Source: Candidatus Peregrinibacteria bacterium
GTDB taxonomy: Bacteria; Patescibacteriota; Gracilibacteria; UBA1369
Reading direction: 5' to 3'
Length of the DNA stretch: 64,000 bases
Assembly (NCBI GenBank): GCA_963708185.1
Contig: OY970195.1
Coordinates: 1,280,001 to 1,344,000 of the forward strand
Shown here in pieces: positions 17,722-26,807 of the stretch. Every line of letters begins with the position of its first letter. The stretch's first letter is position 1. A program made the position numbers and the translations under genes. The notes under the pieces were generated by a model. The model worked only from the letters and a program-made list of their open reading frames with translations, had not been told where the DNA came from and searched no databases.

Positions 17722-20502
17722 ATGTTGAAAGCTTTTTCTCTTCCGGACGCCCGCGACATGGTTGTGCGCGTTCTTGTTCTGACACTGGTCGCCTCGGCGA
17801 TGGGTGTTTTTCATGTCAGCACGACCAAAGCAAGCGATCCGACGGCCACTCCTCCATGCTACGACATCATCGGGCAGGGAAAGGCAGTTCCTGTCAGCGG
17901 TGTGAACAATTCTGGGGTGGTGAGTTTCGATCCTTCCGGAGGAAATCCCGCTTTCCAGTATGAAGCCTGTGCCGAAGATCCGGACGGTGATCCGACGGTT
18001 GGAAATTTTGAACTGCGAGGATGGGCGTGGGACGACAACTTGGGCTGGATCAGTCTTTACTGCGGTGACGAAGGAGGCGGTGGTTATACCAACCTCGGAA
18101 TTCCCTGTGGCACTATCCAGTACGGTGTCCAGATCGACACCAGCGGAAATTTTAGCGGGTACGCCTGGGGCGATAACACCGGATGGATCAGTTTCAACAA
18201 TCCCGGTTTCAGTCAGGTCAAGGTGGATGCCACGAATCCGACCTGTCAGGGTTATGTGTATGCCGATACCGATGCTCCGGATCCAAGCTGTCCGGCTCAT
18301 ACCAAAGCCGACACTGCGGCCTGGAGCGACAACGTGGGCTGGTTCGACTTCGATGGCATTATTATTCCGTGGTACTCGTTGATTGCAGAGATTACGGATG
18401 CAGGGATCCATGTGACGTTGACTCCGGATCCTGCGACTGTCGACGCCACCAACGCTCCGGTTGCCAACGGCAGCGACAGATACACTTTGAATGTGAATGT
18501 CGTTGATAAGAGTGCCAATCCGGTCGGTTTGCCGAGGTATACCGTGACCGCTACTCCGAATTGGTTTACCGACACCGTGAAAAAAGATCAAACGATCGGG
18601 GCACAGATTCTTGATCCGGGGGTTCCGTGTCCGGGCTCACCATTGCCTCAAAATGCCGTGACCAAGCCATGCGGCGTATTGTCGGATGTCGGTTCAGGAA
18701 ACTATCAAGGCAATATTACTTCCGTCGCTCCGACCTCGAACATGAACGGCTGGGATAAAGGCAGTGACGGGACGGTTGATTTTCCGTACGAAACTTTTGT
18801 GTTGCCCGCTTCATTGCAGTCAGCATCTGCGACCCTCCAGTCCAACGATATTGGTATTTATGGCGTGACGGTTGCGGTCATCGACAACAACGCGGGAGGC
18901 GCCTGTGCCTATGGTTTTGGTCCGAGCGGTACGTGCCCGGGAACTTTGAAATATCTGCCGAGCTATCCCGTGGCGCTGAAGTTCCGTCCTCACACCAACG
19001 TCACGACGTTTCAGGATCCGAACGGCAACGATCAGTTTATCGATATTTCCGGAGGCGGAATCCCGCAGAATTTTCCGATCACCATCAGCGGTCCAGGCTC
19101 GGTGACATTTACGAGCGGCATTGATCCTTCTTCTCCTGACTACAGTTTTATTTTCGACAGCGATTCCGACGGTTTGCTGGTCTTGGGAACTGACAATAAC
19201 ACCTTGAACGTTAACTCTTCTTATCCTTCGTTGCCGGCAGGTATTGGAGTGTTGGATTCGAATAACCCTCCTCCACAGTTGATTCCCGGTGAATATATGT
19301 ATTCCGTGGTTAATGACGGCGGCGGCGTGCAGTATTACTCCAACAAACTTCCCAAAAACATTGGATCCATCGCGGCGGTTCCTATTGCTGTTTTGAGAGG
19401 TAACGTCTATTCCACCGGAGCTGCGGCAAGTACTTCCAACCAGCAGCAGGCCGTGACCTCGCTCGGTGACGTCAGCACGAACATCCTTCGCGATACCATC
19501 TTCAGAAACGTTTCCAGCATTATCGCCGGAGCGACGGCTCCAGGAACGGGTTCGGCCACGGTTTCTTACGGAAATACCAGCTGCAACGCCGGAGGATTCT
19601 GTGAGACAACTGCTCCGACGAAGGTCGGACAGTCTTTGCTCCCTGGTTCGAGCGGAACGTACGGTGTCCTGTACTTCAAAGGAGACGTTCATATCAATAC
19701 GGGCGTCAGCGGACTGTCTTCGTTGTTCTGGTGCGGTCAGACCGCCATCGTCGACATCGGCGGCAACGTCTACATTGATTCTGACGTTTACAATAACCCG
19801 GCGCTTTCTGCAACGAACTGTCCCGACACCACGCAGCCGCGTCTCGGTATCATAGCATTGAAAGATCTGGCGGCTTCCGCTGCCGATCAGGGGAACGTTT
19901 ACATCAATCCGGGCGTCAGTGCGGTCCAGGCCAATATTTTTGCCGACGGTTCGGTGTTTTCTTACAGTCCGGGGGAAGGGGTCAACTCTTCTAGCGGTGA
20001 ACCTGTTTTCAGTTCGGTGAACGATGCAGAGAACACCTTGAAGACCCACCAGTTGTATATTGACGGAAGCCTTGCTTCACAGAATACGATCGGAGGATCT
20101 TCGCTTTCGCAACCGATTACGGGAAACGGCCGACCGACCACCGATTTGCTCCAGGCACGTTTGTACGATTTGAACTATCTCCGTTATTACACAGGTGTTC
20201 TCAAACGCGGTCCAACCAACATCCCGATTCGCGGTGACGGTTATGTCCCTGCAAGCGATGCTGAAATCTCACTGGTTCATACGGACGGAACTCCGTGGAC
20301 GGCGTACGAAACACCTCCGGGCTATCTCTATGCACCTCAGGAGGTTGATCCGACGGTCGTTCCGCTCGGTGACCTTCTGCCGTCGCTGTTTGATCCGAAG
20401 AAAGATCTTGGTGCGACCTACATTTATTTCGATCCTCCTCCATCGACACTTCCAGGATTTTCGGCGGTTTCGGGAGGTACGCAAAGACAGCTCACGCAAT
20501 AA
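17722..20502 (+). CDS. Large secreted/surface protein with GxAWxxNxGWIxF repeats and a beta-helix-like C-terminus
   Basis: Signal peptide; three repeats (GWAWDDNLGWISL, GYAWGDNTGWISF, AAWSDNVGWFDF); C-terminal GDVHI/GNVYI/ANIFADG/LYIDGS strands. Confidence 0.75.
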   Translation: MLKAFSLPDARDMVVRVLVLTLVASAMGVFHVSTTKASDPTATPPCYDIIGQGKAVPVSGVNNSGVVSFDPSGGNPAFQYEACAEDPDGDPTVGNFELRGWAWDDNLGWISLYCGDEGGGGYTNLGIPCGTIQYGVQIDTSGNFSGYAWGDNTGWISFNNPGFSQVKVDATNPTCQGYVYADTDAPDPSCPAHTKADTAAWSDNVGWFDFDGIIIPWYSLIAEITDAGIHVTLTPDPATVDATNAPVANGSDRYTLNVNVVDKSANPVGLPRYTVTATPNWFTDTVKKDQTIGAQILDPGVPCPGSPLPQNAVTKPCGVLSDVGSGNYQGNITSVAPTSNMNGWDKGSDGTVDFPYETFVLPASLQSASATLQSNDIGIYGVTVAVIDNNAGGACAYGFGPSGTCPGTLKYLPSYPVALKFRPHTNVTTFQDPNGNDQFIDISGGGIPQNFPITISGPGSVTFTSGIDPSSPDYSFIFDSDSDGLLVLGTDNNTLNVNSSYPSLPAGIGVLDSNNPPPQLIPGEYMYSVVNDGGGVQYYSNKLPKNIGSIAAVPIAVLRGNVYSTGAAASTSNQQQAVTSLGDVSTNILRDTIFRNVSSIIAGATAPGTGSATVSYGNTSCNAGGFCETTAPTKVGQSLLPGSSGTYGVLYFKGDVHINTGVSGLSSLFWCGQTAIVDIGGNVYIDSDVYNNPALSATNCPDTTQPRLGIIALKDLAASAADQGNVYINPGVSAVQANIFADGSVFSYSPGEGVNSSSGEPVFSSVNDAENTLKTHQLYIDGSLASQNTIGGSSLSQPITGNGRPTTDLLQARLYDLNYLRYYTGVLKRGPTNIPIRGDGYVPASDAEISLVHTDGTPWTAYETPPGYLYAPQEVDPTVVPLGDLLPSLFDPKKDLGATYIYFDPPPSTLPGFSAVSGGTQRQLTQ

Positions 20503-20519
20503 AGTTCACGATGATTTTC

Positions 20520-20551
20520 AAAAAGCCCCGTCACAATGTCGGGGCTTTTTT
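20520..20551. terminator. Bidirectional intrinsic terminator
   Basis: AAAAAGCCCCG-9 nt-CGGGGCTTTTTT between convergent genes. Confidence 0.8.
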
Positions 20552-20574
20552 GTATCGATCACGGATCCCCACGG

Positions 20575-22242
20575 CTACATCGTCTGCTGGACCTGCCCCT
20601 TGCGCGCTTTGTGGGTGACTTTGTATTCGAGGTATCTGCCGAACATGAGGCGTGTCTGCGCGTCGAGGGCGGGCACGGCACTGAGCACGATACTCACCAC
20701 GGGGATGAACAGCCACTGGAGGCACAGCGATATCATTCCCCAGAGGCCTTTTTTGCGGTTATAGGGGACGAGATTCAGACTGATGATGGCACACATCAAA
20801 ATACCTCCGGAGGCCAGCGTGAGAATATCGCTCATGATCTGGGGGAGGTTGTATGCCAGGACCGTGTCGCGGAATCCTGCGTTGAGCGCTCCCGGTAAAA
20901 ATCCCATGAAGGTGATGAGGATGGGGCCGGTTGCCCAAAGCAGACTGTTCTTGAGAAAGTCCGCGATGAGATAGATCTTGTGGGACGTTTTGATGTTTTT
21001 GTTGTACCAGAGGTTCAGCACCATGAAGGGGAAATCGCAGACCCCCCAGGCCCAGCGGCGAAGCTGGCTGTACTGGCTTTTGAAGGTTTTGACGTAGGTG
21101 TCCGACAATACGGCGTCCATGTAGACGGGGGAGTAAATGGGAACAAGGCTGTGTTTCCCGTCGTAGACGGTGTAGGCCGTCCAGAATTGGCGCGAGTCTT
21201 CCGGAATAACCGACGGATCCCAATAGTTGACGTCGATGACGGTCTTGAAGCCGATGGAGCGACTGGAAAAGCTTTTGTATTTGTCCTGTTCCATGCTTTC
21301 GGCCATGCGCCAGAAGGTGCAGCCCAAAGCCACGATGCGCGTCGCCATGGGAACGTCCCAGATGTTGTTGTGGAACATGTGCGTGGGCTGGTAACCTTTC
21401 TCGGTGCGGTGTTCCGTAGTGAGATATTTGAAGGTAAGTTCGGAAAAATAGGAGGGATGGATGACGGTATCGGCATCGAAATTCGAGACGATGACGTTTT
21501 CGTAGTCGATGGCATTGGCGTCGAGATACTGCTTGAGTTGTTTGGCGGCATAGGTGGCGTTGGAGCTTTTGCCTTTGATTTCCCCGGGGATGTCCTTGGG
21601 GTGAATCGTCGTCATGAAATGCATGAATTTTCCGCCGAAATCCTTTTTGATTTTTGCGGCGATGAGGCGGGCATTTTCTTCGTCACTTTCTTCACCTGCG
21701 AAAACCATGATGATACGGGCCGGATTATAATTCCCGTTGATGTAGGATCTGACGGATTCACGGATGAGATCGTAGCTTTCCTTGTAGGTGACGTAGATGA
21801 TGGCGTTGATAATATCGCGGGATTTTTTGTACTCGTTCTTTTTCTGAAGATGGTGAACGGTAGTCTTGAGGTGTTTCAGTTCACGAATTTCCTGCTTGAG
21901 TTGCGCATCGTTCCCTTTTTTGTTCTGCAGGCCGTGCAGCCGTTTGATTTCGTAATCGATTTTTTCGGGATAGTCGTTGAAACTTAGCATTTTTTCCCAG
22001 TCGGTCCGGAACGCTTTCCTGACGAGTACGGTAGATCTGTAGAGATTGAACGAAAGTTTGACCGAGCGAAACAGCCAGGTCACAGTGTAGACGATCATGA
22101 TGCTCGCGGCGACGACCGGCAGGAACGCCGAAAATACGATCGGCAGGATAATGGCGGCCCAGGAAAGGGCGCCGGGGATCACTTCGAGCACGCGCCAAAG
22201 CGGGTGCTTGATAATAAGCCGGTCTGTTTTCTTTTGCTCCAT
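20575..22242 (-). CDS. Membrane glycosyltransferase family 2 (processive-type)
   Basis: TYKE, GKSSN, FDADT (DxD), IPED and QLRRWAWG (QxxRW); N- and C-terminal TM segments. Confidence 0.85.
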   Translation of the reverse strand: MEQKKTDRLIIKHPLWRVLEVIPGALSWAAIILPIVFSAFLPVVAASIMIVYTVTWLFRSVKLSFNLYRSTVLVRKAFRTDWEKMLSFNDYPEKIDYEIKRLHGLQNKKGNDAQLKQEIRELKHLKTTVHHLQKKNEYKKSRDIINAIIYVTYKESYDLIRESVRSYINGNYNPARIIMVFAGEESDEENARLIAAKIKKDFGGKFMHFMTTIHPKDIPGEIKGKSSNATYAAKQLKQYLDANAIDYENVIVSNFDADTVIHPSYFSELTFKYLTTEHRTEKGYQPTHMFHNNIWDVPMATRIVALGCTFWRMAESMEQDKYKSFSSRSIGFKTVIDVNYWDPSVIPEDSRQFWTAYTVYDGKHSLVPIYSPVYMDAVLSDTYVKTFKSQYSQLRRWAWGVCDFPFMVLNLWYNKNIKTSHKIYLIADFLKNSLLWATGPILITFMGFLPGALNAGFRDTVLAYNLPQIMSDILTLASGGILMCAIISLNLVPYNRKKGLWGMISLCLQWLFIPVVSIVLSAVPALDAQTRLMFGRYLEYKVTHKARKGQVQQTM

Positions 22243-22262
22243 AATCTAGATGTATACCAAAA

Positions 22263-23759
22263 TCAGCGGTTGTACCAGGAAAGATCGACCTCGGGATATT
22301 TCTTAAGTTCTTCCACCATGGCCGCCTGGATTTCGGCGAGTTTTTCTTTGGTCTCGGCTTCAAAACGCAGGGTCAGGTTCGGGCTGGTATTTGAGCAGCG
22401 GACGGCGCCCCAGGCCGTGTCGCCAAAGTTTACCCTTACGCCGTCAATGGTGATGCATTTGTGCCGGCGGGTGAAATGCTCGGTGAGATTTTTGACGATC
22501 CCGAATTTTTTGTCGTCTGGGCAGTGAGCCTTGAATTCGGGTGTGGTCTGCATTTGAGGAAGTCCGTCGAACTGGTGGGACATGGTTTTGTCGGATCTGG
22601 AAAGAACCTCGATGATTTTGCAGGCCGCAAGGAAAGCGTCGTCAAAACCGTAGTAGTCGTAGAAATCTTTGCCGAAAAACATGTGACCGCTGATCTCTCC
22701 GGCGAGCGGAGCGTTGATCTCGTGCATTTTTTCCTCGATGAAAGAGTGCCCGACTTTGTTCATGACGGGCATGCCGCCGAGGCGGGTTATTTCATCGATG
22801 AGAATTTTTGAAACTTTGACGTCGAATACGATCTGGCTTCCCGGTTTTGCCGCGAGCAGTTCGCGGGCCAGGAGGAGTAGGAGGTAATCGGCGGAATAGT
22901 GCTTGCCGTTTTCGTCCACGACGCCCACGCGGTCACCGTCGCCGTCGAAGCCGATGCCGAGGTCCGCTTTGTTCTCGCGGACTTTTGCCGCAAGGTCGAG
23001 CATGTTTTTTTCTTCTTCCGGGTTGGCTTCGTGGTTGGGATAATTGCCGTCGAGGTCGCAGTAGAGTTCGATGACTTCGCAGCCGACGGCGCGGAGGAGT
23101 TGCGGTGCGAAGGCTCCGGTGGTTCCGTTGCCGGCGTCCACCACGATTTTCATGGGTTTGGCCAGTTTGATGCGGGAAGTGATGTCTTGAAGGTACACGT
23201 CGAAGTTGTCTTCTTTGGTCGTGAGTTTGCCATTAGCGGTTTCGAAGTCGCCGGCCTGGATGAGTTTTAAAATTTCCTGGAGCTCGTCGCCGCACACGGA
23301 ATGGGCATCCTTGCTCACGATTTTGACGCCGTTATACTCTTTGGGATTGTGGCTGGCGGTGATGTTAACGCCGCTGTCCACGTTGAATTTGCAGACGGCG
23401 TAGTAAAGGAGCGGGGATGTGGAAAGGCCGACGTCAATGACATCCACGCCCGTGGAAAGCACGCCTTCAATGAACGCCTTCTGTAAGGCGGGGGAATGAA
23501 GGCGGTTGTCGCGGCCGACCATCATGTTGTAGTTGTAGGCGGTCGGTTTGGGGCCCACGAGACCCAAACCTCCCTCGCTTCGCCCTCGCGCCGTGCGCTC
23601 GGTTTTTGTCCCGTATTTGCGTTTCAGGTAGGTTCCTGTGCCTTTGCCGATCAGGTTCACGGTTTCGGGGGTTAAATCGGCAGGATCGGCTGGATTTTTT
23701 GGCTGGGCGATGCCGCGGATGTCATAGGCGCGGAAAATGTGCGGGTTCAGAGTGGTCAT
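22263..23759 (-). CDS. Phosphomannomutase/phosphoglucomutase (carries an in-frame repeat insertion)
   Basis: IFRAYDIRG, ITASHNP, FDGDGDR, GEISGH, IDGVR, VRCSNTSP. Confidence 0.95.
   Translation of the reverse strand: MTTLNPHIFRAYDIRGIAQPKNPADPADLTPETVNLIGKGTGTYLKRKYGTKTERTARGRSEGGLGLVGPKPTAYNYNMMVGRDNRLHSPALQKAFIEGVLSTGVDVIDVGLSTSPLLYYAVCKFNVDSGVNITASHNPKEYNGVKIVSKDAHSVCGDELQEILKLIQAGDFETANGKLTTKEDNFDVYLQDITSRIKLAKPMKIVVDAGNGTTGAFAPQLLRAVGCEVIELYCDLDGNYPNHEANPEEEKNMLDLAAKVRENKADLGIGFDGDGDRVGVVDENGKHYSADYLLLLLARELLAAKPGSQIVFDVKVSKILIDEITRLGGMPVMNKVGHSFIEEKMHEINAPLAGEISGHMFFGKDFYDYYGFDDAFLAACKIIEVLSRSDKTMSHQFDGLPQMQTTPEFKAHCPDDKKFGIVKNLTEHFTRRHKCITIDGVRVNFGDTAWGAVRCSNTSPNLTLRFEAETKEKLAEIQAAMVEELKKYPEVDLSWYNR
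23536..23607. repeat. Dispersed ~75-bp palindromic repeat element, copy 1 (inside the PMM CDS)
   Basis: Shares CCCnCGAGACCCAAACnTCCCTCGCT and CGCTCGGTTTTT blocks with 48341-48420; internal inverted repeat GGTTTGGG/CCCAAACC. Confidence 0.8.
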
Positions 23760-23857
23760 AAACAGCAAAAAAGGTCTAAGGGAAAACAAAAAAGCCACCC
23801 AATATCTTTATTGGCGGTGTTATTCTAACAGAATTTATAAAAAAAGCAAAAGTTTGT

Positions 23858-24385
23858 TTATTGTTCTTTATTTTGAATGGTTTGGATGCGCCGGACGCCG
23901 TTCCATTTTTTGATAAGCGCGGCGACGCTTTCGGGGAGATCTTTTTCCCAGTTTTTGTTTACGAGCATTTTTTTGCGGATTCGTGTTGAGGATATGTCCA
24001 GGTTTTGTTTCAGCCTGACAATGGTGTAAGGATTTTTTCTGGTCTCGTTATAGTTCTTGTAGAGATGTTCGACAATCGGGGAACCGGTGTAGAGCGTTTG
24101 GAAAGGAGGAACGAAAAGATCGACGTAGGCGGGCCACAGCGCGGAGTTATTGATGTTGGCAATGGGAATGATGAGATATTTTTCAGCGGGAATTTTGGCT
24201 TCGTTCAAAGCCGCCTCGATCATCTGGATTCTTTCACCCGCGGTGAAGGGATTTTCCGGCAGGAAATTTTCCGCGGCGCTTCCGATGGAAATGAAGACGC
24301 GTTCATTTTTTTTGAGCGCTTGTTTGACGGCGTCGAGATGACCGAGATGAAAAGGCTGGAATCTGCCGATAAAAAGAGCGGACAT
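23858..24385 (-). CDS. nadM: Nicotinamide-nucleotide adenylyltransferase (NadM/archaeal type)
   Basis: MSALFIGRFQPFHLGH, IGSA, NPFTAGER, ISSTRIR. True start at ATG 24385. Confidence 0.88.
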   Translation of the reverse strand: MSALFIGRFQPFHLGHLDAVKQALKKNERVFISIGSAAENFLPENPFTAGERIQMIEAALNEAKIPAEKYLIIPIANINNSALWPAYVDLFVPPFQTLYTGSPIVEHLYKNYNETRKNPYTIVRLKQNLDISSTRIRKKMLVNKNWEKDLPESVAALIKKWNGVRRIQTIQNKEQ

Positions 24386-24395
24386 TTGGCGTGGG

Positions 24396-25169
24396 TTAAT
24401 TTTTGTCTTTTTTGATCTTGAGGACCGGCGGCATTTCCGTTTTGTGCTTGTTTTTTTCGATGCGTTTGAGCACGGCGTGGACGAGCGTGGGGTTGATACC
24501 GCGTTCGACGAGCTGGTCTGCGCCGAGTTTGCGCCGTTTGAGGATGGGGTCGAGCTGGCTGTAGCTTGCGCCGAGTTCTCCTTCGTCGGTCTGGCCGCTG
24601 TAGAGTTCCGCCGTCGGGGTCTTTTCAATGATTTCACGGGGAAGGCCTACGAAATCGGCGAGGGCAAACACTTCATCTTTGTAGAGATCGCCGATGACTT
24701 CAAGGTCCGCTGCGAGGTCTCCGTATTTGGTGCCGTAGCCCAAAAGCGTTTCGCTTTTGTTGGAGGTTCCCAGTACCATCGCGTCGGAGGTATTGGCGTA
24801 GTTGTAGAGGAGTACCGCGCGGATGCGTGCCTTGGTGTTCTGGGTGGCGAGTTTGTTGGGATCCCAGGGAAGGTGATAAAAATCCGTGAGAAACTGGTTG
24901 ACGGGCTGGTAGAAGAAAGTGACGTTGAGTGCATGGCAAAGCGCTTTGGCGTGATCGATGTTTTCCTGGGAACTGACGCCGAGTTCGGGCATGGAGATGG
25001 CCGTGATGTTTTCGGCACCGAGCGCGTCGATGCCAAGCTTGAGCGTCAACGATGAGTCAACACCGCCGCTCACGCCCACGACCGCGCGGTGCATCCCGGC
25101 TTTTTTGAAATATTTCGTGATGCCTTTGATGATCTGGTCGTAGATGGATTGGAGCTGTTCGTTTTCCAT
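24396..25169 (-). CDS. nadE: NH3-dependent NAD+ synthetase
   Basis: GVSGGVDS, NxKARIR, GTSNKSE, GYGTKYGD, PTAEL, QTDE; no glutaminase domain. Confidence 0.93.
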   Translation of the reverse strand: MENEQLQSIYDQIIKGITKYFKKAGMHRAVVGVSGGVDSSLTLKLGIDALGAENITAISMPELGVSSQENIDHAKALCHALNVTFFYQPVNQFLTDFYHLPWDPNKLATQNTKARIRAVLLYNYANTSDAMVLGTSNKSETLLGYGTKYGDLAADLEVIGDLYKDEVFALADFVGLPREIIEKTPTAELYSGQTDEGELGASYSQLDPILKRRKLGADQLVERGINPTLVHAVLKRIEKNKHKTEMPPVLKIKKDKN

Positions 25170-25180
25170 GATATCGAAGG

Positions 25181-25651
25181 TTAATAACGTTTAAGCGTGC
25201 GGCGGATTTCAATATTCTGGGCCTTCTTTTTGAGTTCGTTGCGTCGGTCCCATTTTTTCTTCGCCGTGCAGATCCCTATGGTCATTTTAATATAATTGTG
25301 GCTCAAATGCAGGTCCAATGGCACAACGGTCGTTCCCTTGGTGTCCAGCTCCTTTTGCAGTTTGACGATCTGCATGCGGCTCAAAAGGAGCTTGCGGCGC
25401 TGATCCGCTTTATAGGACGGATTCGGGGCGTGTTTGTACGCGGAAATATGGACGTTGCGGGTGAAGACTTCACCGTCGGTGATTTCCACAAAGCTGCCCT
25501 TGAGGTTGGCGTGGCCGAGGCGGACTGATTTTACTTCGGGACCGGTGAGAACGACGCCGGCTTCGATTTTTTCCTGTACTTCGTAGTCCACGAAAGCTTT
25601 TTTGTTCTGGGCGAGGGTTGAATTTTGATTTTTTTTTCTTGAGGCGGCCAT
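25181..25651 (-). CDS. smpB: SsrA-binding protein SmpB
   Basis: NKKAxxDY, EAGxVLxGxEVKSVR, RKLLL, KKKWDRR. Confidence 0.95.
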   Translation of the reverse strand: MAASRKKNQNSTLAQNKKAFVDYEVQEKIEAGVVLTGPEVKSVRLGHANLKGSFVEITDGEVFTRNVHISAYKHAPNPSYKADQRRKLLLSRMQIVKLQKELDTKGTTVVPLDLHLSHNYIKMTIGICTAKKKWDRRNELKKKAQNIEIRRTLKRY

Positions 25652-25756
25652 GCGAGAATCATTGAGGTTGGTTCAACCATACTGAAACTCGCAGGTGGAG
25701 GCAAGATGACCGGCAGTTAAGGATTGCATGCTGCAGTCCGTATTTGTGTAGTAAAT

Positions 25757-25785
25757 TTGACAAAATCATAAAATATAGTTATAAT
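25757..25785 (+). promoter_or_regulatory. Consensus sigma70 promoter
   Basis: Perfect TTGACA-17 nt-TATAAT. Confidence 0.8.
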
Positions 25786-25898
25786 AAAGACTGTGTATTA
25801 TAATTATTGATTTTATGACTTCGAAATAACCAAAAACAGCAGACCGCGAACAGGCGTTAAACATTCCTGAGGATGCATCACGTGATGATCTTAAGGAG

Positions 25899-26699
25899 GT
25901 GTTAAGCAAACTCGTGGAAACCGGTTCGGTTTCTGCGGAGGAGATTGAAGCGCATCTCGACCGGATGAGACAAACCACCGGTGAACGTATCAAAGCCGCC
26001 GCAGCTATTGAAGGAGAACTGTCCATTGAACAGGCGGAGCTTTTAAAAAAGCTTGAAGCGGATTACCCCAAAATGAAAGCCACTTTTGAACGTTATGAAA
26101 TTTCCACCAAAGGCATGCCAACCTGGGAGCAGGTGAAGAAAGGCCTTTCTCCTGAAGTTCTTGAGAAAGCTCTCAAACTTGCCGAACCTACTTTACTCCT
26201 GGTTCCACCGACAACCCGTCAATCTAAGGTTGAGGCTATCAATAAGTATCCTGCAAAAGGTCAAAAGGCTGATACGTACACCTATGACCTCAAAAATAAC
26301 GCTCTTTGGAATGGCGGAAAGTCCAAGACAGAAAACAAATGGAGGGTTTCAATCGTTGACGGTGTTCAAGATGTTGAACGCGATACCGAAATTTACGATG
26401 GCAAGAGAACAAATTATGAAATGAGCAAACTCTGGGTGAAAAAATATGAAGACATGGGCTTAGATGTTATGGAAGGAGCAGACGCCTATCTGACTTTAAT
26501 GATGAAAGCTCTGGCGGAAGGCAAACCTGTTGATCCAAAAACCTTATCAGTCCTCAACGGTAAGAACTTGACAGAATCTACTCTTGTTGCGCTCGGGGGT
26601 TGGGACAGTGCTCGGGTCAACCTGGACCGCGTTGATCCTGATTTTACCGCCGGTTACCTTCGTCTTCGGGGTTCGGTGGGGGTAGATGTGCAATCTTAG
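25899..26699 (+). CDS. Hypothetical protein, probable DGR target with a C-terminal variable region; start uncertain
   Basis: 266-aa ORF. C-terminus GGWDSARVNLDRVDPDFTAGYLRLRGSV has adenine-depleted codons. An upstream in-frame ATG at 25815 is followed by TAA at codon 5. Confidence 0.65.
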   Translation: MLSKLVETGSVSAEEIEAHLDRMRQTTGERIKAAAAIEGELSIEQAELLKKLEADYPKMKATFERYEISTKGMPTWEQVKKGLSPEVLEKALKLAEPTLLLVPPTTRQSKVEAINKYPAKGQKADTYTYDLKNNALWNGGKSKTENKWRVSIVDGVQDVERDTEIYDGKRTNYEMSKLWVKKYEDMGLDVMEGADAYLTLMMKALAEGKPVDPKTLSVLNGKNLTESTLVALGGWDSARVNLDRVDPDFTAGYLRLRGSVGVDVQS

Positions 26700-26721
26700 G
26701 CTTTCATCTTTGAATTTTCTT

Positions 26722-26742
26722 AGCCCCCGCCCTGCGGGGGCT
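26722..26742 (+). terminator. GC-rich hairpin (terminator and/or DGR cis stem-loop)
   Basis: AGCCCCCGC-CCT-GCGGGGGCT followed by a T-run. Confidence 0.7.
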
Positions 26743-26807
26743 TTTCTTTTTCTTTATTTTCTCCACGAAAAATTTTAATATAGCACCAGTGGCGAATAGC
26801 AACCTGA

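Noticed and set aside
23536-23607. Intein or self-splicing intron in PMM
   Set aside because: Far too short; lacks C/S...HN intein ends and group I/II core motifs; the reading frame is preserved.
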